Source: Eledone cirrhosa
Taxonomy: Eukaryota
NCBI GenBank assembly: GCA_964016885.1
Contig: OZ024744.1
Location: 129,890,001 to 129,954,000 of the forward strand
DNA length: 64,000 nt
Direction: 5' to 3'
Part shown: positions 50,201 to 61,800 of the stretch, one piece after another
Position numbering within the stretch: position 1 is the first letter of the stretch
How the letters are laid out: each line of letters starts with the position of its first letter
Program-made: the position numbers and the translations under genes
Notes under the pieces: model-generated
What the model saw: the letters and a program-made list of their open reading frames with translations, nothing else
What the model was told of the DNA's origin: nothing
Databases searched by the model: none

Positions 50201-53200
50201 GGTTAATTTAAGTTGGGGTTAAGTTAAGTTGAGGTTAAATTTAAGTAGGGGTTAAATTATGTTGGGGTTAAGTTAAGTTGGGGATAAGTTAAGTTGGGCA
50301 TAAGTTAAGTTGGGGTTAATTAAGTTGGGTTTAAGTTAATTTGGGGTTAAGTTAAGTTGGGGTTAAGTTAAGTTGGGGTTAAGTTAAGTTGGTTAGTTAA
50401 GTTGAGTTTAAGTTAAGTTGGGCTTAATTTAAGTTGGGGTTAAGTTAAGTTGGGGTTAAGTTAGATTGTTGTTAAGTTAAGTTGGGGTTAAGTTAAGTTG
50501 GGGTTAATTTAAGTTGGGGTTAATTTAAGTTAGGTCTAATTAAGTTGGGGTTAAGTTAAGTTGGGGTTAAGTTAAGTTGGGGTTAAGTTAAGTTGGGGTT
50601 AAGTTAAGTTGGGGTTAAGTTAAGTTGGGTTTACGTTAAGTTGGGGGTAAGTTAAGTTGGTGGTAAGTTAAGTTGGGGGATAGTTAAGATGGGGTTAAGT
50701 TAAGTTGGGGTTAATTTAATTTGGGGTTAAGTTAAGTTAGGGTTAAGTTAAGTTGGGGTTGAGTTAAGTCGGGGTTCAGTTAAGTTGGGGTTATGTTATG
50801 TTGGGGTTAAGTTAAGTTGGGGTTAAGTTAAGTTGGGGTTCAATTAAGTTGCGGGTAATTTAAGTTGGGGTTAAGTTAAGTTGGGGGTACGTTAAGTTGG
50901 GGGTAAGTTAAGTTGGGGTTAAGTTAAGTTGGGGTTAAGTTAAGTCGGGGTTAATTTAAGTTGGGGTTAAGTTAAGTTGGGGTTAAGTTAAGTTGGGATT
51001 AAGTTAAGTTGGGGTTAAGTTAAGTTGGGGTTGAGTTAAGTTGGGGTTAAGTTAGATTGTTGTTATGTTATTTTGGGGTTAAGTTAAGTTGCGGTTAAGT
51101 TAAGTTGGGGTAAAGTTAAGTTGGGGTTAAGTTAAGTTGGGGTTAAGTTAAGTTGGGGTTAAGTTAAGTTGGGGTTAAGTTAAGTCGGGGTTAAGTTAAG
51201 TTGGGGTTACGTTAAGTTGGGGGTAAGTTAAGTTGGTGGTAAGTTAAGTTGGGGGTAAGTTAAGATGGGGTTAAGTTAAGTTGGGGTTAATTTAATTTGG
51301 GGTTATGTTAAGTTGGGGTTAAGTTAAGTTGGGGTTAAGTTAAGTTGGAGTTAAGTTAAGTTGGGGGTAAGTTAAGTTGGGGTTAAGTTAAGTTGGGGTT
51401 AAGATAAGTTGGGGTTAAGTTAAGTTGGGGTTGAGCTAAGTTGGGGTTGAGTTAATTTGGGGTTAAGTTAAGTTGGGGTTAAGTTAAGTTGGGTTTAAGT
51501 TAAGTTGGGGTTAAGTTAAGTTGGGGTTAAATTAAGTTGGGGTTAAGCTAAGTTGGGGTTAAGTTAAATTGAGGTTAAGTTAAGTTGGGGTTAATTTAAG
51601 TTGGGGTTAAGCTAAGTTGGGGTTAAGTTAAATTGAGGTTAAGTTAAGTTGGGGTTAAGTTAAGTTGGGGTTAATTTAAGTTGGGGCTAAGTAAAGTTGG
51701 GGCTAAGTTAAGTGGGGGTTAAGTTAAGTTAGGGTTGAGTTAAGTTGGGGTTAAGTTAACTTTGGGTTAAGTTAAGTTGGGTTTGAATTAAGTTGGGGTT
51801 AATTAAGTTGGGGTTAAGTTAAGTTGGGGTTAAGTTAAGTTGCGGTTAAGTTAAGTTGAGGTTAAGTTAAGTTGGGGTTAAGTGAAGTTGGGGTTAAGTT
51901 AAGTTGGGGCTAAGTTAAGTTGGGGCTAAGTTAAGTTGGGGCTTAGTTAAGTTGGGGTTAAGTTAAGTTGGGGTTAAGTTAAGGTGGGGTTTAGTTAAGT
52001 TGGGGTCAACTAAAGTTGGGGTTAAGTTAAGTTGGGGTTCACTTAAGTTGGGGTTAAGTTAAGTTGGGGTTAAGTTAGATTGTTGTTAAGTTAAGTTGGG
52101 GTTAAGTTAAGTTGGGGTTAATTTAAGTTGGGGTTAATTTAAGTTGGGTCTAATTAAGTTGGGGTTAAGTTAAGTTGGGGTTAAGTTAAGTTGGGGTTAA
52201 GTTAAGTTGGGGTTAAGTTAAGTTGGGGTTAAGTTAAGTTGGGTTTACGTTAAGTTGGGGGTAAGTTAAGTTGGTGGTAAGTTAAGTTGGGGGATAGTTA
52301 AGATGGGGTTAAGTTAAGTTGGGGTTAATTTAATTTGGGGTTAAGTTAAGTTAGGGTTAAGTTAAGTTGGGGTTGAGTTAAGTCGGGGTTCAGTTAAGTT
52401 GGGGTTATGTTATGTTGGGGTTAAGTGAAGTTGGGGTTAAGTTAAGTTGGGGTTCAATTAAGTTGCGGGTAATTTAAGTTGGGGTTAAGTTAAGTTGGGG
52501 GTACGTTAAGTTGGGGGTAAGTTAAGTTGGGGTTAAGTTAAGTTGGGGTTAAGTTAAGTCGGGGTTAATTTAAGTTGGGGTTAAGTTAAGTTGGGGTTAA
52601 GTTAAGTTGGGATTAAGTTAAGTTGGGGTTAAGTTAAGTTGGGGTTGAGTTAAGTTGGGGTTAAGTTAGATTGTTGTTATGTTATTTTGGGGTTAAGTTA
52701 AGTTGCGGTTAAGTTAAGTTGGGGTAAAGTTAAGTTGGGGTTAAGTTAAGTTGGGGTTAAGTTAAGTTGGGGTTAAGTTAAGTTGGGGTTAATTTAAGTT
52801 CGGGTTAAGTTAAGTTGGGGTTAATTTAAGTTGGGGTTAATTTAAGTTGGGGTCAAGTTAAGTTGGGGTTAAGTTAAGTTGGGGTAAAGTTAAGTTGGGG
52901 TTAAGTTAAGTTGGGGTTAAGTTAAGTTGGGGTTAAGTTGGGGTTAAGTTAAGTTAGGGTTAACTTAAGTTGGGGTTGTGTTAAGTGGTGGTTATGTTAA
53001 GTGGTGGTTATGTTAAGTTGGGGTTAAGTTAAGTTGGGGTTAAGTTAAATTGGGGTTAAGTTAAGTTGCGGTTAATTTAAGTTGGGGTTAAGTTAAGTTG
53101 GGGTTAAGTTAATTAGGGTTAAGTTAAGTTGGGGTTAAGTTAAGTTGGGGTTAAGTTAAGTTGGGGTTAAGTTAAGTTGGGATTAAGTTAAGTTGGGGTT

Positions 53201-56200
53201 AAGTTAAGTCGGGGTTAAGTTAAGTTAGGGTTAAGTTAAGTTGGGGTTAATTTAAGTTGGGGTTAAGTTAAGTTGAGGTTAAATTTAAGTAGGGGTTAAA
53301 TTATGTTGGGGTTAAGTTAAGTTGGGGATAAGTTAAGTTGGGCATAAGTTAAGTTGGGGTTAATTAAGTTGGGTTTAAGTTAAGTTGGGGTTAAGTTAAG
53401 TTGGGGTTAAGTTAAGTTGGGGTTAAGTTAAGTTGGTTAGTTAAGTTGAGTTTAAGTTAAGTTGGGCTTAATTTAAGTTGGGGTTAAGTTAAGTTGGGGT
53501 TAAGTTAAGTTGGGGTTAAGTTAAGTTGGGGTTAAGTTAAGTTGGGGTTCAGTTAAGTTGGGGTTAATTTAAGTTGGGGTTAAGTTGGGGTAAAGTTAAG
53601 TTGGGGTTAAGTTAAGTTGGGGTTAAGTTAAGTTGGGGTTAAGTTAAGTTGGGGTTAAGTTAAGTTGCGGTTAAGTTAAGTTGAGGTTAAGTTAAGTTGG
53701 GGTTAAGTTAAGTTGGGGTTAAGTTAAGTTGGGGCTAAGTTAAGTTGGGGCTAAGTTAAGTTGGGGCTAAGTTAAGTTGGGGTTAAGTTAACTTTGGGTT
53801 AAGTTAAGTTGGGTTTGAGTTAAGTTGGGGTTAATTAAGTTGGGGTTAAGTTAAGTTGGGGTTAAGTTAAGTTGGGGTTAAGTTAAGTTGGGGTTAAGTT
53901 AAGTTGCGGTTAAGTTAAGTTGATGTTAAGTTAAGTTGGGGTTAAGTTAAGTTGGGGTTAAGTTAAGTTGGGGCTAAGTTAAGTTGGGGCTTAGTTAAGT
54001 TGGGGCTAAGTTAAGTTGGGGTTAAGTTAAGGTGGGGTTCAGTTAAGTTGGGGTCAACTTAAGTTGGGGTTAAGTTAAGTTGGGGTTAAGTTAAGTTGGG
54101 GTTAAGTTAAGTTGGGGTTAAGTTAAGTTGGGGTTACGTTAAGTTGGGGGTAAGTTAAGTTGGTGGTAAGTTAAGTTGGGGGTAAGTTAAGATGGGGTTA
54201 AATTAAGTTGGGGTTAATTTAAGTTGGGGTTAAGTTAAGTTGGGGTTAAGTTAAGTTGGGGTTAAGTTAAGTTGGGGTTAAGTTAAGTTGGGGTTAAATT
54301 AAGTTGGGGTTAAATTAAGTTGGGGTTAAGTTAAGTTGGGTTTATGTTAAGTTGGTGTTAAGTTAAGTTGGGGTTAAGTTAAGTTGGGGTTAAGTTAAGT
54401 TGGGGTTAAGTTAGGTTGGTGTTAAGTTAAGTTGGGGTTAAGTTAAGTTGGGGTTAAGTTATGTTGGGTTTAAATTAAGTTGGGGCTAAGTTAAGTTAGG
54501 GCTAAGTTAAGTTGGGGTTAAGTAAAGTTAGGGCTAAGTTAATTTGGGGTTAAGTTAAGTTGGGGTTAATTTAAGTTGGGGTTACATTAAGTTGAGGTTA
54601 AGTTAAGTTGGGGTTAAGTTAAGTTAGGGTTAATTTAAGTTGGGGTTATGTTAAGTTGGGGTTAAGTTAAGTTGGGGTTAAGTTAAGTTGGGGCTGAGTT
54701 AAGTTGGGGTTACGTTAAGTTGGGGTTAAGGTAAGTTGGGGTTAAGTTAAGTTGGGGTTAAGTTAAGTTGGGTTTAAGTTAAGTTGGGGTTAAGTTAAGT
54801 TGGGGTTAAATTAAGTTGGGGTTAATCTAAGTTGGGGTTAAGTTAAATTGAGGTTAAGTTAAGTTGGGGTTAATTTAAGTTGGGGTTAAGCTAAGTTGGG
54901 GTTAAGTTAAATTGAGGTTAAGTTAAGTTGGGGTTAAGTTAAGTTGGGGTTAATTTAAGTTGGGGCTAAGTAAAGTTGGGGCTAAGTTAAGTGGGGGTTA
55001 AGTTAAGTTAGGGTTGAGTTAAGTTGGGGTTAAGTTAACTTTGGGTTAAGTTAAGTTGGGTTTGAGTTAAGTTGGGGTTAATTAAGTTGGGGTTAAGTTA
55101 AGTTAGGGTTAAGTTAAGTTGGGGTTAAGTTAAGTTGGGGTTAAGTTAAGTTGCGGTTAAGTTAAGTTGAGGTTAAGTTAAGTTGGGGTTAAGTTAAGTT
55201 GGGGTTAAGTTAAGTGGGGCTAAGTTAAGTTGGGGCTAAGTTAAGTTGGGGCTTAGTTAAGTTGGGGTTAAGTTAAGTTGGGGTTAAGTTAAGGTGGGGT
55301 TTAGTTAAGTTGGGGTCAACTAAAGTTGGGGTTAAGTTAAGTTGGGGTTCACTTAAGTTGGGGTTAATCTAAGTTGGGTTAAGTTAAGTTGGGGTTTATT
55401 TAAGTTGGGGTTCAGTTAATTTGGGGTTAAGTTAAGTTTGGGTTAAGTTGGGGTTAAATTAAGTTGGGGTTAAGTTAAGTTGGGGTTAAGTTACGTTGGG
55501 GTTAATTTAAGTTGGGGTTAAGTTAAGTTGCGGGTAATTTAAGTTGGGGTTAAGTTAAGTTGGGGTTAAGTTAAGTTGGGGTTAAGTTAAGTTGGGGGTA
55601 AGTTAAGTTGGGGGTAAGTTAAGTTGGGAGTAAGTTAAGTTGGGGTTAAGTTAAGTTGGGGTTAAGTTAAGTTGGGGTTAAGTTAAGTTAGGGTTAAGTT
55701 AAGTTGGGGTTGAGTTAAGTTGGGGTTAAGTTAAGTTGGGGTTATGTTAAGTTGGGGTTAAGTTAAATTGGGGTTAATTTAACTTTGTGGTTAAGTTAAG
55801 TTGGGGTTAAGTTAAGTTGGGGTTAAGTTAAGTTGGGGTTAATTTAAGTTGCGGATAAGTTAAGTTGAGGTTAAGTTAAGTTGGGGTTAAGTTAAGTTGG
55901 GGTTAAGTTATATGGGGCTAAGTTAAGTTGGGGCTAAGTTAAGTTGGGGCTTAGTTAAGTTGGGGTTAAGTTAAGTTGGGGTTAAGTTAAGGTGGGGTTT
56001 AGTTAAGTTGGGGTCAACTAAAGTTGGGGTTAAGTTAAGTTTGGGTTTATTTAAGTTGGGGTTCAGTTAATTTGGGGTTAAGTTAAGTTTGGGTTAAGTT
56101 GGGGTTAAATTAAGTTGGGGTTAAGTTAAGTTGGGGTTAATTTAAGTTGGGGTTAAGTTAAGTTGGGGTTAAGTTAAGTTGGGGTTAAGTTGAGTTGGGG

Positions 56201-58883
56201 TAAAGTTAAGTTGGGGTTAAGTTAAGTTGGGGGTAAGTTAAGTTGGTGTTAATTTAAGTTGGGGTTAAGTTAAGTTGGGGTTAAGTTAAGTTGGGGTTAA
56301 GTTGAGTTGGGGTAAAGTTAAGTTGGGGTTAATTTAAGTTGGGGTTAATTTAAGTTGGGGTTAAGTTAAGTTGGGGTTAATTTAAGTTGGGGTTAATTTA
56401 AGTTGGGGTTAAGTTAAGTTGGGGTTAAGTTAAGTTGGGGTTAAGTTAAGTTGGGGGTAAGTTAAGTTGGGGTTAAGTTAAGTTGGGGTTAAGTTGGGGT
56501 TAAGTTAAGTTAGGGTTAACTTAAGTTGGAGTTAAGTTAAGTGGTGGTTATGTTAAGTGGTGGTTATGTTAACTTGGGGTTAAGTTAAGTTGGGGTTGAG
56601 TTAAATTGGGGTTAAGTTAAGTTGCGGTTAAGTTAAGTTGGGGTTAAGTTAAGTTGGGGTTAAGTTAATTAGGGTTAAGTTAAGTTGGGGTTAAGTTAAG
56701 TTGGGGTTAAGTTAAGTTGCGGTTAAGTTAAGTTGGGATTAAGTTAAGTTGGGGTTAAGTTAAGTTGGGGTTAAGTTAAGTTGGGGTTAAGTTAGATTGT
56801 TGTTAAGTTAAGTTGGGGTTAATTTAAGTTGGGGTTAAGTTAAGTTGGGGTTAATTTAAGTTGGGGTTAAGTTAAGTCGGGGTTAAGTTGAGTTGGGGTT
56901 AGGTTAAGTTGGGGTTAAGTTAAGTTGGGGTTAAGTTAAGTTGGGGTTAAGATAAGTTGGGGTTAAGTTAAGTTGGGGATGAGTTAAGTTGGGGTTGAGT
57001 TAATTTGGGGTTAACTTAAGTTGGGGTTAACTTAAGTCGGGATTAAGTTAAGTGGGGGTTAAGTTAAGTTGGGGTTAAATTAAGTTCGGGTTAAGTTAAG
57101 TTGGGGTTAAGTTGGGGTTAAGTTAGGTTGGGGTTAAGTTAAGTTGGGGGTAAGTTAAGTTGGGGGTAAGTTAAGTCGGGGGTAATTTCAGTTGGGGTTA
57201 AGTTAAGTTGGGGTTGAGTTAAGTTGGTGCTAAGTTAAGTTGGGGTTATGTTAAGTTGGGGTTAATTTAAGTTGGGGTTAAGTTAAGTTGGGGTTCAATT
57301 AAGTTGCGGTTAATTTAAGTTGGGGTTAAGTTAAGTTGGGGTTAAGTTAAGTTGGGGTTAAGTTAAGTTGGGGTTAAGTTAAGTTGGGATTAATTTAAGT
57401 TGGGGTTAAGTTAAGTTGGGGTTAAGTTAAGTTGGGGTTAAGTTAAGTTGGGGTTAAGTTAAGTTGGGGTTAAATTAAGTTGGGGTTAAATTAAGTTGGG
57501 GTTAAGTTAAGTTGGGGTTATGTTAAGTTGGTGTTAAGTTAAGTTGGGGTTAAGTTAAGTTGGGGTTAAGTTAAGTTTGGGTTAAGTTAGGTTGGTGTTA
57601 AGTTAAGTTGGGGTTAAGTTAAGTTGGGGTTAAGTTATGTTGGGTTTAAGTTAAGTTGGGGCTAATTTAAGTTAGGGCTAAGTTAAGTTGGGGTTAAGTA
57701 AAGTTAGGGCTAAGTTAATTTGGGGTTAAGTTAAGTTGGGGTTAATTTAAGTTGGGGTTACATTAAGTTGAGGTTAAGTTAAGTTGGGGTTAAGTTAAGT
57801 TAGGGTTAATTTAAGTTGGGGTTATGTTAAGTTGGGGTTAAGTTAAGTTGGGGTTAAGTTAAGTTGGAGCTGAGTTAAGTTGGGGTTACGTTAAGTTGGG
57901 GTTAAGGTAAGTTGGGGTTAAGTTAAGTTGGGGTTAAGTTAAGTTGGGTTTAAGTTAAGTTGGGGTTAAGTTAAGTTGGGGTTAAATTAAGTTGGGGTTA
58001 ATCTAAGTTGGGGTTAAGTTAAATTGAGGTTAAGTTAAGTTGGGGTTAATTTAAGTTGGGGTTAAGCTAAGTTGGGGTTAAGTTAAATTGAGGTTAAGTT
58101 AAGTTGGGGTTAAGTTAAGTTGGGGTTAATTTAAGTTGGGGCTAAGTAAAGTTGGGGCTAAGTTAAGTGGGGGTTAAGTTAAGTTAGGGTTGAGTTAAGT
58201 TGGGGTTAAGTTAACTTTGGGTTAAGTTAAGTTGGGTTTGAGTTAAGTTGGGGTTAATTAAGTTGGGGTTAAGTTAAGTTGGGGTTAAGTTAAGTTGGGG
58301 TTAAGTTAAGTTGGGGTTAAGTTAAGTTGCGGTTAAGTTAAGTTGAGGTTAAGTTAAGTTGGGGTTAAGTTAAGTTGGGGTTAAGTTAAGTGGGGCTAAG
58401 TTAAGTTGGGGCTAAGTTAAGTTGGGGCTTAGTTAAGTTGGGGTTAAGTTAAGTTGGGGTTAAGTTAAGGTGGGGTTTAGTTAAGTTGGGGTCAACTAAA
58501 GTTGGGGTTAAGTTAAGTTGGGGTTCACTTAAGTTGGGGTTAATCTAAGTTGGGGTTAAGTTAAGTTGGGGTTTATTTAAGTTGGGGTTCAGTTAATTTG
58601 GGGTTAAGTTAAGTTTGGGTTAAGTTGTGGTTAAATTATGTTGGGGTTAAGTTAAGTTGGGGTTAAGTTACGTTGGGGTTAATTTAAGTTGGGGTTAAGT
58701 TAAGTTGCGGGTAATTTAAGTTGGGGTTAAGTTAAGTTGGGGTTAAGTTAAGTTGGGGTTAAGTTAAGTTGGGGGTAAGTTAAGTTGGGGGTAAGTTAAG
58801 TTGGGAGTAAGTTAAGTTGGGGTTAAGTTAAGTTGGGGTTAAGTTAAGTTGGGGTTAAGTTAAGTTAGGGTTAAGTTAAGTTG
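25681..58883 (+). repeat. Large tandem duplication, period 16,610 bp (copy 1 ~25,681-42,273, copy 2 ~42,291-58,883)
   Basis: Rare variants recur at exactly +16,610: tggcg...gggtttgcg block 26,051/42,661; ccgtt 29,601/46,211; tatggggcta 39,301/55,911; taagttgtgg 42,011/58,621. The copies diverge at 42,274 vs 58,884 and at 25,680 vs 42,290. No differences were found in spot checks. Confidence 0.95.
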
Positions 58884-61800
58884 GGGTTGAGTTAAGTTGG
58901 GGTTAAGTTAAGTTGGGGTTATGTTAAGTTGGGGTTAAGTTAAATTGGGGTTAATTTAACTTTGTGGTTAAGTTAAGTTGGGGTTAAGTTAAGTTGGGGT
59001 TAAGTTAAGTTGGGGTTAAATTAAGTTGGGGTTAAATTAAGTTGGGGTTAAGTTAAGTTGGGGTTATGTTAAGTTGGTGTTAAGTTAAGTTGGGGTTAAG
59101 TTAAGTTGGGGTCAAGTTAAGTTGGGGTTAAGTTATGTTGGGTTTAAGTTAAGTTGGGGCTAAGTTAAGTTAGGGCTAAGTTAAGTTGGGGTTAAGTAAA
59201 GTTAGGGCTAAGTTAATTTGGGGTTAAGTTAAGTTGGGGTTAATTTAAGTTGGGGTTACATTAAGTTGAGGTTAAGTTAAGTTGGGGTTAAGTTAAGTTA
59301 GGGTTAATTTAAGTTGGGGTTATGTTAAGTTGGGGTTAAGTTAAGTTGGGGTTAAGTTAAGTTGGGGCTGAGTTAAGTTGGGGTTACGTTAAGTTGGGGT
59401 TAAGGTAAGTTGGGGTTAAGTTAAGTTGGGGTTAAGTTAAGTTGGGTTTAAGTTAAGTTGGGGTTAAGTTAAGTTGGGGTTAAATTAAGTTGGGGTTAAT
59501 CTAAGGTGGGGTTAAGTTAAATTGAGGTTAAGTTAAGTTGGGGTTAATTTAAGTTGGGGTTAAGCTAAGTTGGGGTTAAGTTAAATTGAGGTTAAGTTAA
59601 GTTGGGGTTAAGTTAAGTTGGGGTTAATTTAAGTTGGGGCTAAGTAAAGTTGGGGCTAAGTTAAGTGGGGGTTAAGTTAAGTTAGGGTTGAGTTAAGTTG
59701 GGGTTAAGTTAACTTTGGGTTAAGTTAAGTTGGGTTTGAGTTAAATTGGGGTTAATTAAGTTGGGGTTAAGTTAAGTTGGGGTTAAGTTAAGTTGGGGTT
59801 AAGTTAAGTTGGGGTTAAGTTAAGTTGCGGTTAAGTTAAGTTGAGGTTAAGTTAAGTTGGGGTTAAGTTAAGTTGGGGTTAAGTTAAGTGGGGCTAAGTT
59901 AAGTTGGGGCTAAGTTAAGTTGGGGCTTAGTTAAGTTGGGGTTAAGTTAAGTTGGGGTTAAGTTAAGGTGGGGTTTAGTTAAGTTGGGGTCAACTAAAGT
60001 TGGGGTTAAGATAAGTTGGGGTTCACTTAAGTTGGGGTTAATCTAAGTTGGGGTTAAGTTAAGTTGGGGTTTATTTAAGTTGGGGTTCAGTTAATTTGGG
60101 GTTAAGTTAAGTTTGGGTTAAGTTGGGGTTAAATTAAGTTGGGGTTAAGTTAAGTTGGGCTTAAGTTACGTTGGGGTTAATTTAAGTTGGGGTTAAGTTA
60201 AGTTGCGGGTAATTTAAGTTGGGGTTAAGTTAAGTTGGGGTTAAGTTAAGTTGGGGTTAAGTTAAGTTGGGGGTAAGTTAAGTTGGGGGTAAGTTAAGTT
60301 GGGAGTAAGTTAAGTTGGGGTTAAGTTAAGTTGGGGTTAAGTTAAGTTGGGGTTAAGTTAAGTTAGGGTTAAGTTAAGTTGGGGTTGAGTTAAGTTGGGG
60401 TTAAGTTAAGTTGGGGTTATGTTAAGTTGGGGTTAAGTTAAATTGGGGTTAATTTAACTTTGTGGTTAAGTTAAGTTGGGGTTAAGTTAAGTTGGGGTTA
60501 AGTTAAGTTGGGGTTAATTTAAGTTGCGGATAAGTTAAGTTGAGGTTAAGTTAAGTTGGGGTTAAGTTAAGTTGGGGTTAAGTTAAGTTGGGGCTAAGTT
60601 AAGTTGGGGCTAAGTTAAGTTGGGGCTTAGTTAAGTTGGGGTTAAGTTAAGTTGGGGTTAAGTTAAGGTGGGGTTTAGTTAAGTTGGGGTCAACTAAAGT
60701 TGGGGTTAAGTTAAGTTGGGGTTTATTTAAGTTGGGGTTCAGTTAATTTGGGGTTAAGTTAAGTTTGGGTTAAGTTGGGGTTAAATTAAGTTGGGGTTAA
60801 GTTAAGTTGGGGTTAATTTAAGTTGGGGTTAAGTTAAGTTGGGGTTAAGTTAAGTTGGGGTTAAGTTAAGTTGGGGGTAAGTTAAGTTGGTGTTAATTTA
60901 AGTTGGGGTTAAGTTAAGTTGGGGTTAAGTTGAGTTGGGGTAAAGTTAAGTTGGGGTTAAGTTAAGTTGGGGTTAATTTAAGTTGGGGTTAAGTTAAGTT
61001 GGGGTTAATTTAAGTTGGGGTTAATTTAAGTTGGGGTTAAGTTAAGTTGGGGTTAAGTTAAGTTGGGGTTAAGTTAAGTTGGGGGTAAGTTAAGTTGGGG
61101 TTAAGTTAAGTTGGGGTTAAGTTGGGGTTAAGTTAAGTTAGGGTTAACTTAAGTTGGGGTTAAGTTAAGTGGTGGTTATGTTAAGTGGTGGTTATGTTAA
61201 CTTGGGGTTAAGTTAAGTTGGGGTTAAGTTAAGTTGCGGTTAAGTTAAGTTGGCGTTAAGTTAAGTTGGGGTTAAGTTAAGTTGGGATTAAGTTAAGTTG
61301 GGGTTAAGTTAAGTTGGGGTTAAGTTAAGTTGGGGTTAAGTTAGATTGTTGTTAAGTTAAGTTGGTGTTAATTTAAGTTGGGGTTAACTTAAGTCGGGAT
61401 TAAGTTAAGTGGGGGTTAAGTTAAGTTGGGGTTAAATTAAGTTCGGGTTAAGTTAAGTTGGGGTTAAGTTAAGTTGGGGTTAAGTTAGGTTGGGGTTAAG
61501 TTAAGTTGGGGGTAAGTTAAGTTGGGGGTAAGTTAAGTCGGGGGTAATTTCAGTTGGGGTTAAGTTAAGTTGGGGTTGAGTTAAGTTGGGGCTAAGTTAA
61601 GTTGGGGTTATGTTAAGTTGGGGTTAATTTAAGTTGGGGTTAAGTTAAGTTGGGGTTCAATTAAGTTGCGGTTAATTTAAGTTGGGGTTAAGTTAAGTTG
61701 GGGTTAAGTTAAGTTGGGGTTAAGTTAAGTTGGGGTTAAGTTAAGTTGGGATTAATTTAAGTTGGGGTTAAGTTAAGTTGGGGTTAAGTTAAGTTGGGGT

